NCBI GenBank assembly: GCA_965261395.1
Contig: OZ253462.1
Location: forward strand, 608,001-672,000
Length of the DNA: 64,000 nucleotides
Direction: 5' to 3'
Origin: Candidatus Latescibacterota bacterium
GTDB lineage: Bacteria; Latescibacterota; UBA2968; UBA8231
Below the pieces are notes generated by a model. The model had not been told where the DNA came from and did no database searches. It saw only the letters and a list, made by a program, of their open reading frames with translations. Within the stretch, counting starts at the first letter, position 1; each line of letters begins with the position of its first letter. The position numbers were made by a program, and so were the translations under genes. This document shows, in pieces, positions 1 to 8,220 of this stretch.

Positions 1-169
1 TGGTCTTGCCGGTGGGCTTTTCCAGCTTACCGAGGGCCCCTTCGTAGTTGCCCTTTTCTAGCTGTTTGAGCGAATGGGACACATAGCCCGAATAAGCGGC
101 CCCGCAACCGCTCAACCAGAGCAGCAGGACCACGCTGAGACCGATGACCGATCTGCTGCTTCCCTGCAT
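1..169 (-). CDS. Lipoprotein, N-terminal part (runs off window)
   Basis: Manual translation MQGSSRSVIGLSVVLLLWLSGCGAAYSGYVSHSLKQLEKGNYEGALGKLEK; hydrophobic signal with LSGC lipobox; alternative in-frame ATG at 205. Confidence 0.65.
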   Translation of the reverse strand, partial: MQGSSRSVIGLSVVLLLWLSGCGAAYSGYVSHSLKQLEKGNYEGALGKLEKPTGKT

Positions 170-459
170 AAGTGATTCCGTCCATTGTCCTCGCACCGGC
201 GACATGGATAAAGACTCCACGTTGGGCCCACCAGATTGACCGTGTGCCATATATAACACCTAAGCGAGGAAAAAGTGTCCCTTCTTATTCAACTTTCTGC
301 CGTCGGCGTAGCGTCCAGAACCGCTTCGACCGCGCCTTCATCCCAGCTAATCCGAATCCGCATTGCACTCCTCCTGAAAATTTGCCCAAACCTTTGAGTT
401 TTCATAATATAAGTGCCCATTTGCTGGCCGCAAAAACGCCCGTCGCACAGATAAAAATC

Positions 460-1509
460 ATGGAAAAACCCAACGTCGTCGTCATCGGTTATGGCTTTGC
501 CGGCCGCTGCTTCCACGCCTATCTAGTGGGGCTGGCCAGTGGCCTGAACCTCTACGGCATCGCCACCAGCCGGCCGCAGGCCCGCGACCAGATTCAGCGC
601 GACTTGGGGGTAAAAACCTTCCGCCACTTCGACGAAGTGCTAGCCGACCCTGCCGTCGATCTAGTCGTCCTCGCCACGCCCAACGACCTCCACGCCCCAC
701 ACGCGATCCAAGCGCTAGCGGCGGGTAAACACGTCGTCACCGACAAGCCCATGTGCTTGAGCATTGCCGAGGCCGACCAGATGATCGCCGCCAGCCAAGC
801 GCACGACCGCTTGCTCAGCGTCTTTCAGAACCGCCGCTGGGACGGCGATTTCCTCGCCGTTAAAGATGCGCTGGCCCAAGGGCTGCTCGGCGATCCCTTT
901 TTGCTAGAAATGTTCTGGGGCCAATACGGCCCCCCGCGCGGTTGGCGCAGCATAGCGCGGCACGGCGGCGGCAAATTCTTCGATCTAGGCGCGCATCTGG
1001 TCGATCAAGCCCTCCAGCTTATCGACGCGCCGCTGACAAAGGTTTACGCCACGTTCCACTCCGGCGACCCGCTCGGCCTCGACGTCGAGTCCCACGCGCT
1101 GGCTGTGCTCCACTTTGCCAACAGCGTCGAAGCCCGCGTGGAGACCTCGTCGCTGGCGTGCAAAGCCAAACCGCGCTGGTATGTACTGGGCACGGAAGGC
1201 GCGCTGGTCAAAGAGGGCGTTGACCCGCAGGAAAAGGCCATGATCGCCGGCGATATCGACGCGGCTGAAGAAGCACCCGAGCACTACGCCCGCCTCTATC
1301 GGCCAGCGGCGGGTCGGACGGCGGAAACCATCATTGAGACTACGCCCGGCCGCTGGCGTTCCTACTACGAAAACATCGCCGACGCGCTAGCCGGCCGCGC
1401 CGCGCTAGCCGTCACCGCCCACAGCGTGCGGCAGACCATGGTCGCCATTGAGGTCGCCCGGCTCTCCGCCGCCCAGCAGCGGCCTGTGTCCCCGGAGGAA
1501 GTCGGGTGA
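460..1509 (+). CDS. Gfo/Idh/MocA oxidoreductase (YdgJ/IolW-like)
   Basis: VVIGYGFAG Rossmann motif, HVVTDKPM, FQNRRWDGDF, DLGAHLVDQ; start trimmed to ATG 460. Confidence 0.9.
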   Translation: MEKPNVVVIGYGFAGRCFHAYLVGLASGLNLYGIATSRPQARDQIQRDLGVKTFRHFDEVLADPAVDLVVLATPNDLHAPHAIQALAAGKHVVTDKPMCLSIAEADQMIAASQAHDRLLSVFQNRRWDGDFLAVKDALAQGLLGDPFLLEMFWGQYGPPRGWRSIARHGGGKFFDLGAHLVDQALQLIDAPLTKVYATFHSGDPLGLDVESHALAVLHFANSVEARVETSSLACKAKPRWYVLGTEGALVKEGVDPQEKAMIAGDIDAAEEAPEHYARLYRPAAGRTAETIIETTPGRWRSYYENIADALAGRAALAVTAHSVRQTMVAIEVARLSAAQQRPVSPEEVG

Positions 1510-2096
1510 AACTCCGGCCGGGCAACTACGGCAAGGAAACCAGCTTTGAGGTCCGCACGTTCGACGCTGAGATGCCCCTCGACGAATACGCCCGCCTGCC
1601 CAAACACCCGCTCTATCTGGTGCTCGACAATTTGCGCAGCGCCTTCAACGTTGGCTCGATCTTCCGCACGGCCGACGCGGGCCGTCTCAGCGGCATCTAC
1701 ACCTGCGGCTACACGGCCCATCCGCCCCATCCCAAGCTCGACAAGACGGCGTTGGGCACCCTCTCGTACATAGAGACCCGCCACTTCGCCACCACCCTAC
1801 AAGCCATTGAGCACTTGCGCGCTCGCCAAGTGCCGGTGTGGGCGCTGGAGACGACGTCGCAAAGCCGCTGCTACACCGAGCTAGACTATCCGCGCCCCTT
1901 GGCCTTAATCGTGGGCAATGAAGCCCTCGGCGTGAGTTGCGCCGCGCTCGAACGCTGCGACGAGCTGGTCGAGATTCCCATGTACGGCTACAAAAATAGC
2001 CTCAATGTCGCCGCGGCCAGCGCCGTCCTCGTCTTTGAGGTCCTGCGCCAATGGCAGGCCGTCAGCCCCACTTGCCAGCCCACCGCCCATGCCTGA
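1506..2096 (+). CDS. TrmH/SpoU-family RNA 2'-O-methyltransferase
   Basis: LDNLRSAFNVGSIFRTAD, VGNEALG, IPMYGYKNSLNVA SPOUT motifs. Confidence 0.9.
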   Translation: MKLRPGNYGKETSFEVRTFDAEMPLDEYARLPKHPLYLVLDNLRSAFNVGSIFRTADAGRLSGIYTCGYTAHPPHPKLDKTALGTLSYIETRHFATTLQAIEHLRARQVPVWALETTSQSRCYTELDYPRPLALIVGNEALGVSCAALERCDELVEIPMYGYKNSLNVAAASAVLVFEVLRQWQAVSPTCQPTAHA

Positions 2097-3921
2097 AGCC
2101 ACCCCGAAGACTCGGGGGCCAGCCGCCCGCTTGCTCCGCGACTGGCTCGGCTTTGAGTTCGTCTCCCGCATCTATCTCTACAGCGTGCTCATCGGCCTGA
2201 TTTCCGGCTTGGGAGCGGTGCTTTTTACCTATGGCCTCGCGCTGGCCAAGTTCCTGCTAGTCGAGAAACTGGCTGGATACCGCCAGATCCATCCCGACAA
2301 CGAGGCGCTATTCGACTTCTCCTTCCTCGACGCGCCCACCTATGGCGAGTTTTTGTGGCTATTGCTGCTGCTGCCGGCGCTGGGTGGCCTGCTCAGCGGC
2401 TACCTAACGCACCGCTTCGCGCCCGAAGCCCAAGGCGCGGGTACCGACGCCATGATCGACGCCTTCCACAACCAGCGCGGGCACATTCGCCCTATTGTCG
2501 CCCCAGTCAAGGCCCTGGCGACCATCATCACGCTCGCCTCCGGTGGCGCCGCCGGTCAGCAAGGTCCTTTGGTGCATATTGGCGCGGGTTTAGGCTCTTG
2601 GATCGGCGACAAACTCAAGCTCTCGGTTGCCCAGCGGCGGATTTTGTTGCTGGCGGGCACGGCCGGAGGGCTAGGCGCAATTTTCCGCGCGCCGCTGGGT
2701 GCTGCGATCGCCAGCGTGGAAGTGCTCTACCGCGAAGACTTTGAAAGCGACGCACTCATCCCCTGCGTCATCAGCTCCTTCGTGGCCTATGCCATCTACA
2801 TAGCCGTCTTTGGCTTCTCGCATATTTTCTCCCTGCCCGACCTGCTGTTTACCGATGTGCGCGAGTTGATCTTCTATTTAGTACTGGGGTTTTTATGCGC
2901 CTTAGTTGGCATTTTTTACGTCAAGGCCCTGCGCCTTGCGCGCACCCTCTTCGACCGCCTGCCGCTGCCCCGCTACTGGGTCGTCTGCTGCGGGGGATTG
3001 CTGGTGGGGCTGGTGGCCCTTATCGATCCCCAGGTGCTGGGCGATGGGTTCGACGTCATCCAACAGGGGCTCGACGGCGAGCTCGGAGTTCGCGCCTTCC
3101 TAGCCCTCGCCCTGCTCAAAATCCTCGCCTCTAGCTGCACGGTCTCCAGCGGTGGCTCGGGCGGCGTCTTCGGCCCCTCGCTCTTTATCGGTGGGATGCT
3201 CGGCGGCGCCGTGGGCCTGCTGGGCCAACAGTACTTTCCCGACATCGTCCACCAACCAGCCGCTTATATCGTGGTGGGCATGGCCTCGTTTTTTGGCGCA
3301 GTGGCCAATACGCCGCTAGCGGCCCTGATTCTCGTCATCGAAATGAGCGGCTCCTATCACCTGCTGCCGCCGCTGATGGTCGTCAGCGCCCTCGCGCTGA
3401 TCTTCGCGCGCAACTTTTCCATCTACCAAAACCAAGTCCAAAACAAGTTCCACTCCCCGGCCCATATCAAAGACCTAACCGTCGATGTGCTGCACAATCT
3501 CCAAGTCCGCGAAGTGTTTCCCCGCCTCAAAAATACCTCCGAGGCCATCGTCAGCAATCGGCTTTCCTATTTTTCCCTGAGTTCCCTGAGCAAAAAGCTG
3601 GGCCACGTGCACTTTGTCGTCACCAATGACGACGGCGGCTTGCGCGGCATGATCAGCCTCGAAGACCTCGACCTGCCCGAAGACGAAATGCTGCGCAACC
3701 TAGTCCTCGTAGAGGACATGGTCGTCGACGACGTCGGGGCCATCGACGCGGATGACAACCTGCACGAGGCCCTGCAAAAACTGCTAGACTCTGGCTACGA
3801 CAAGCTGCCGGTGGTGGACACCACAGACGAAGGAGAAAGCGAGTTTTGGGGCTATCTGATGCACTCAGATCTGATGCGAGTGTACCACGAGGAAGTCATT
3901 CGGTTGGAGGGACAGGATTGA
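2089..3921 (+). CDS. CLC-family chloride channel/transporter with C-terminal CBS domains
   Basis: GAGTD, GQQGP, FRAPLG, GGVFGPSLFIG, NTPLA, SIY motifs; C-terminal CBS pair (YDKLPVVD). Confidence 0.9.
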   Translation: MPEATPKTRGPAARLLRDWLGFEFVSRIYLYSVLIGLISGLGAVLFTYGLALAKFLLVEKLAGYRQIHPDNEALFDFSFLDAPTYGEFLWLLLLLPALGGLLSGYLTHRFAPEAQGAGTDAMIDAFHNQRGHIRPIVAPVKALATIITLASGGAAGQQGPLVHIGAGLGSWIGDKLKLSVAQRRILLLAGTAGGLGAIFRAPLGAAIASVEVLYREDFESDALIPCVISSFVAYAIYIAVFGFSHIFSLPDLLFTDVRELIFYLVLGFLCALVGIFYVKALRLARTLFDRLPLPRYWVVCCGGLLVGLVALIDPQVLGDGFDVIQQGLDGELGVRAFLALALLKILASSCTVSSGGSGGVFGPSLFIGGMLGGAVGLLGQQYFPDIVHQPAAYIVVGMASFFGAVANTPLAALILVIEMSGSYHLLPPLMVVSALALIFARNFSIYQNQVQNKFHSPAHIKDLTVDVLHNLQVREVFPRLKNTSEAIVSNRLSYFSLSSLSKKLGHVHFVVTNDDGGLRGMISLEDLDLPEDEMLRNLVLVEDMVVDDVGAIDADDNLHEALQKLLDSGYDKLPVVDTTDEGESEFWGYLMHSDLMRVYHEEVIRLEGQD

Positions 3922-5095
3922 CCTCCTCGCTTGCTCCCTCGCGATAGGGCGCGTGCAGATAGTGCTGCGCCCGTTGGTGACTGTCCGCGTGGTCGGGCAA
4001 GCGCCGCACCCGCTGGTAGCGCAAAACCGCTTCCTCGCGGCGGCCGGCTAGGTCGTGTACTTGGCCGAGCAGCAAGTTGGCCAGCACGGCAAAAGCTAGG
4101 TCCCGCTTGCGCTCGGAATCAGCGGCGAGGCTATCGGTTGCCGCCAGATGATTGGCGGCCTCGGGATAGCGCCGCTCGAAATAAGCGTATTTGCCCGCGT
4201 AGTAATGCGCCTCCAAGCGGCCGTGGCGGTGATAGCCAGTCTGGCCGGCCACGCTGCGCCGCACGTATTCTTCGTACAAAGCCACACCCGATCGCCAGCG
4301 GCCGAGTTCGACCATAGTCCGCGCGGTGTAGCGGTGGAAGACGGCATTGTCGGGGTAGCGCGCGTAGAGTTCCTCAAAATAGGGCAGGGCCTTGCGGTTG
4401 TCCTTTTCAAAAATCCGGTAGATCTGACCTAGGAAATAGGCGGCCTCGGCGCGGGCATAGGCTCCCTCGCCGGCAACTTCCTCTAGCTGTTGGAGGCCCA
4501 GCAAGCGATCCCCGTCGGGCAAAAAGGCCATGATCGGACGGAGGATTCGGTGGCGTTGGGGCATGACCTCGGCGAAGTAGTGATACAGGCCCTGTCCAAA
4601 GAGGATGTCCTTGTTGGTCGGTTCGAGCTGACGGCTCTTCTTCAGGAGGGGCAGACCGCGCAATCCGTCGCGCGCCGCCCGTACGTACTGCTCTCTGTCG
4701 CCGTACAGACGGCCGCGGAAGCCGATGGCACCGCCCTTGAAGAGAATCGCGTCGAAGTCCATCGGGTCTTTTTTTAGACGCCGGTCGCAGACCTCAATGC
4801 ACTGCTGAAGCCGCGCGTGGAACTCCGCGTCGTAGGTTTTATCGGCCAAGTCTAGGAGGATTCGCCACCAAGAGACCATAGCGCGAAAGAAGTAGCCGAG
4901 CGGGTTGTCCGGCTCGGCCGCGACGATGGTCTGAAAGTGGCGCTCGGCCTCCTCAAAACGCAGATTGTAGGTCAGATCTATGCCCCGCTGGATGCGCGCA
5001 TCAAAGCCGCGCATCGTATAGGAGTCCTCACTCCAAGCGGGCAGAACCAGCGCGCAGCAGAGCAAAACCGCGCCTATGGGGTATAGTGCATTCAA
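3896..5095 (-). CDS. Secreted TPR-repeat protein
   Basis: Signal peptide after TTG 5095 (GAGG upstream); repeated helical TPR-like units (AAYFLGQIY, LLLGQVHDLAG). Confidence 0.7.
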   Translation of the reverse strand: MNALYPIGAVLLCCALVLPAWSEDSYTMRGFDARIQRGIDLTYNLRFEEAERHFQTIVAAEPDNPLGYFFRAMVSWWRILLDLADKTYDAEFHARLQQCIEVCDRRLKKDPMDFDAILFKGGAIGFRGRLYGDREQYVRAARDGLRGLPLLKKSRQLEPTNKDILFGQGLYHYFAEVMPQRHRILRPIMAFLPDGDRLLGLQQLEEVAGEGAYARAEAAYFLGQIYRIFEKDNRKALPYFEELYARYPDNAVFHRYTARTMVELGRWRSGVALYEEYVRRSVAGQTGYHRHGRLEAHYYAGKYAYFERRYPEAANHLAATDSLAADSERKRDLAFAVLANLLLGQVHDLAGRREEAVLRYQRVRRLPDHADSHQRAQHYLHAPYREGASEEVNPVPPTE

Positions 5096-5163
5096 GGAAC
5101 AAACCTCACCGTTCAACAGTAAGACAGAAACCAAGCCGCTCAAGAGTAGGACAAAAACAAATT

Positions 5164-6546
5164 ATGGCAACTGTGCAATGCGATATCGCGATCATCGGCG
5201 GGGGTTCGGCTGGGTACGCCGCGGCGCGCACGGCCCACGCGGCCGGTGCCCATGTCGCGGTTATCGACCAAGGCCCTTGGGGAGGGCTGTGCATTCTGCG
5301 CGGCTGTATGCCCAGCAAGGCGATTTTGCGCTCCGCCGAAATAGCCTCGCATCTAGGCCGCGCCGCCGAGTTCGGCCTAGCGCCGGTGGAAGTCCGCGCT
5401 GACTTAGCCGCCATTGTCGAGCGCAAGGCGCGGCTGGTCGCCGGCTTTGCCGCCTATCGCCGCGAGCAACTGAGCGACGGCCGCTTCACGCTCTGCGAAG
5501 CGCGCGCCCGCTTCCTCTCGCCGCAGACGCTCCAAGCCGGCGACGACGTCATTGAGGCCGGGCATTTTATCATTGCCACCGGCTCTACGCCCCACCGCAT
5601 CTCGATCCCGGGGCTGGACCACGCCGGCTACCTCACCAGCGACGAGGCCCTCGACATGTGCCAGCAGCCAGACAGCCTCCTCGTCCTCGGCGGCGGTCCC
5701 ATCGCCGTCGAGCTGGCCCAGTTCTTTCAGCGCATTGGCACACAGGTAACGCTCATCCAGCGCAGCGATCACATTCTCTCCACCGGCGACGAGGACGTGG
5801 CGCGGCCGGTTGAAGCGCGCTTCCGCGAGGAGGGCATGGAAGTGTACACCGGCACGCAACTGCGCCAATTTACCGAGGAAAACGGGCGCAAGATCGCGCA
5901 TTTTTCCCACGGCAGCGCAGAAAAAACGGCCTCGGCTGATCTCGTCCTGCAAGCCCTCGGCCGCCGCCCGCACATCGACGAGCTGGGCCTAGCGCAAGCC
6001 GGCGTCGAGGTCGCCCGCAGGCGCATTGTCGTCGATGCGGCCATGCGCACCAGCCAGCCGCACATCTACGCCGTCGGCGATGTCAACGGCGAGCACGAGG
6101 TCGTCCACATCGCCATTGAGCAAGGCGAGATCGCCGCGTACAATGCCACGCACCCCGACCGCCCCGAGCACCGCTTCGACGACCGCCTCAACGCGATGGT
6201 CGTGTTCACCGATCCGCAGGTGGCCAGCGTCGGCCTCAGCGAACGGGACTGCCGCGCTGCGGACCGACCCTATTTGGTCGCCAGCTACCCTTTTGACGAC
6301 CACGGCAAGTCGCTGACGATGGGCGAGACCTGCGGCCACGCAAAAATTCTCTGCGACCCGCGCTCGGGCGAAGTGCTCGGCAGCCATATCGTCGGCCCGG
6401 AGGCTGGCGAGTTGATCCACGAGTTGATCGCGGTGATGTACTTTCGCGGCACGGTGCAGGATTTGGCTAAGATTCCCCATTATCATCCGACCTTGGCGGA
6501 GATTCTCACCTATCCGGCCGAGGAATTAGCGGAACAGTTGGGGTAG
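5164..6546 (+). CDS. Dihydrolipoamide dehydrogenase-like pyridine nucleotide-disulfide oxidoreductase
   Basis: IIGGGSAG, GGLCILRGCMPSK redox disulfide, C-terminal HYHPTLAE; no MerA C-terminal Cys-Cys. Confidence 0.85.
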   Translation: MATVQCDIAIIGGGSAGYAAARTAHAAGAHVAVIDQGPWGGLCILRGCMPSKAILRSAEIASHLGRAAEFGLAPVEVRADLAAIVERKARLVAGFAAYRREQLSDGRFTLCEARARFLSPQTLQAGDDVIEAGHFIIATGSTPHRISIPGLDHAGYLTSDEALDMCQQPDSLLVLGGGPIAVELAQFFQRIGTQVTLIQRSDHILSTGDEDVARPVEARFREEGMEVYTGTQLRQFTEENGRKIAHFSHGSAEKTASADLVLQALGRRPHIDELGLAQAGVEVARRRIVVDAAMRTSQPHIYAVGDVNGEHEVVHIAIEQGEIAAYNATHPDRPEHRFDDRLNAMVVFTDPQVASVGLSERDCRAADRPYLVASYPFDDHGKSLTMGETCGHAKILCDPRSGEVLGSHIVGPEAGELIHELIAVMYFRGTVQDLAKIPHYHPTLAEILTYPAEELAEQLG

Positions 6547-6568
6547 GAATGTCCCTTGTGGGTGCCCT
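6543..6568 (+). repeat. Degenerate GTAG-type REP-like element, copy 1
   Basis: GTAGGAATGTCCCTTGTGGGTGCCCT; similar to 56195-56220 and 50693-50709; its GTAG overlaps the TAG stop of the upstream gene. Confidence 0.55.
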
Positions 6569-6605
6569 ATATTAGAGGGCACTAAATACAAATCTAGGGG
6601 ATCTT

Positions 6606-8171
6606 ATGTCTGCGTCTTACGATGTCGTCATTGCCGGGGCGGGAGCAGCGGGAGCGGTTCTTGCAGCGCGGCTCAGCGAGGATCGGAGTCGGTCGGTCTT
6701 GCTTTTGGAGGCCGGGCCGGATTTTGCTGCGGTTGAAGACTTGCCCGAGGAAATTCGCTATGCCTATGGGCGCGACCGCAATATCTGGGATCGTGCCTTT
6801 GGCTTGGGCACCCGATTCGGCTGGGAGTATCGCGCCCGGGCCACGGACTTGCGTCCCGACTTCTTTGTGCCGCGCGGCAAAATTGTCGGCGGGTCCAGTG
6901 CGGTCAACGCGCAGATTTTTCTGCGCGGGGTGCCCGAAGACTACGACTCTTGGGCGGCGGCGGGCAACAACCTGTGGAGCCACGACGCCCTGTTGCCCTT
7001 CTTGTGCCGCCTTGAATCCGACCCCGACTACGGCGACGCCCCCTACCACGGTGCCAACGGCCCCATTCGCGCACGGCGGTTCAAAGATCACGAGCTCAAC
7101 CCCGAGCACCGCGCCTTCTACGAGGCTGCGCTCGCCGCGGGCTACCCCGACTGCCCCGATCACAACGACCCTATTTCCACCGGCGTCGGCCCCTTGGCCC
7201 TCAACAACGCCGAGAGCATCCGCTGGAGTTCTAACATCGGCTACCTCAACCCGGCTCGCGGTCGCCCCAACCTCACCATTCAAGCCAACACCCACGTCCA
7301 TCGCGTGCTCTTTGCCGACCAGCGCGCCACCGGCCTGCTCGTCGAGCGCGACGGTGCCCTATCCACGGTCCACGGCGGAGAGATCGTGCTCTGCGGCGGG
7401 GCGATTGGCTCGCCGCATCTGCTCTTGCTGTCGGGCGTCGGGCCGGCCGCGCACTTGGAGGTGATGGGTGTTGACGTGGTGTGCGATCTGCCCGGCGTCG
7501 GGCAGAATCTGCGCGACCATCCGCAAGTGAGCGTGACTTTGCGAGCCAAGGACGAGTACCTCGGCGATGGCACGGAGCCTCGGCTGCAAATTGGCCTGCG
7601 CTACACCGCCAGCGGATCGGACTGGCGCAACGACATGTTCATCATCCCGGCCTCCTTTGCCACGACCGAGGGCTACTACGTCTCGTCGCATTCCAAACCT
7701 TTGGGCTTTTACTTAGTCGGCTGCATATACCTAGCTGAGGGACAGGGCGAACTCAAACTGGCCTCCACCGACCCGCACGCGCAGCCCGTGCTCGACTACA
7801 ACTACTTGGCCGAGCCTTCAGACCGCGGCCGCCTGCGCGAATCCATCCGCATCATCATCGACCTGCTCAAACACGATGCATTCAACGGGCTTATCGTTGA
7901 GCGCATCGGCCCCACCGACGCCGAACTCGACACCGACGACGCGCTCGACGAGTGGATGCGGCGCGAAGTGGGCACCAGCCATCACGTCTCCTCGACTTGT
8001 AAAATGGGACCAGCGAGCGATTCGATGGCCGTCGTCGATCAGCATGGCCGAGTTCACGGCCTCGAAAACCTACGCGTCGCCGACGCGGCCATTATGCCCG
8101 ACTGCGTGCGCGCCAACACCAACATCACCTCAATGGCCATCGGCGAGCGCATCGCCGATCTCATGCGCTGA
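6606..8171 (+). CDS. GMC-family oxidoreductase (choline dehydrogenase-like)
   Basis: GAGAAG, RGKIVGGSSAVN, GVGQNLRDH, HVSSTCKMG, LRVADAAIMP. Confidence 0.92.
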   Translation: MSASYDVVIAGAGAAGAVLAARLSEDRSRSVLLLEAGPDFAAVEDLPEEIRYAYGRDRNIWDRAFGLGTRFGWEYRARATDLRPDFFVPRGKIVGGSSAVNAQIFLRGVPEDYDSWAAAGNNLWSHDALLPFLCRLESDPDYGDAPYHGANGPIRARRFKDHELNPEHRAFYEAALAAGYPDCPDHNDPISTGVGPLALNNAESIRWSSNIGYLNPARGRPNLTIQANTHVHRVLFADQRATGLLVERDGALSTVHGGEIVLCGGAIGSPHLLLLSGVGPAAHLEVMGVDVVCDLPGVGQNLRDHPQVSVTLRAKDEYLGDGTEPRLQIGLRYTASGSDWRNDMFIIPASFATTEGYYVSSHSKPLGFYLVGCIYLAEGQGELKLASTDPHAQPVLDYNYLAEPSDRGRLRESIRIIIDLLKHDAFNGLIVERIGPTDAELDTDDALDEWMRREVGTSHHVSSTCKMGPASDSMAVVDQHGRVHGLENLRVADAAIMPDCVRANTNITSMAIGERIADLMR

Positions 8172-8220
8172 AGGGACCATGGGCGCTGTAAGCCGTTGCG
8201 GGCTCACCCACAGCGCTGGC

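Noticed and set aside
5164-6546. Mercuric reductase MerA
   Set aside because: No C-terminal Cys-Cys pair, no mer genes nearby; HPTLAE matches lipoamide dehydrogenase-like enzymes
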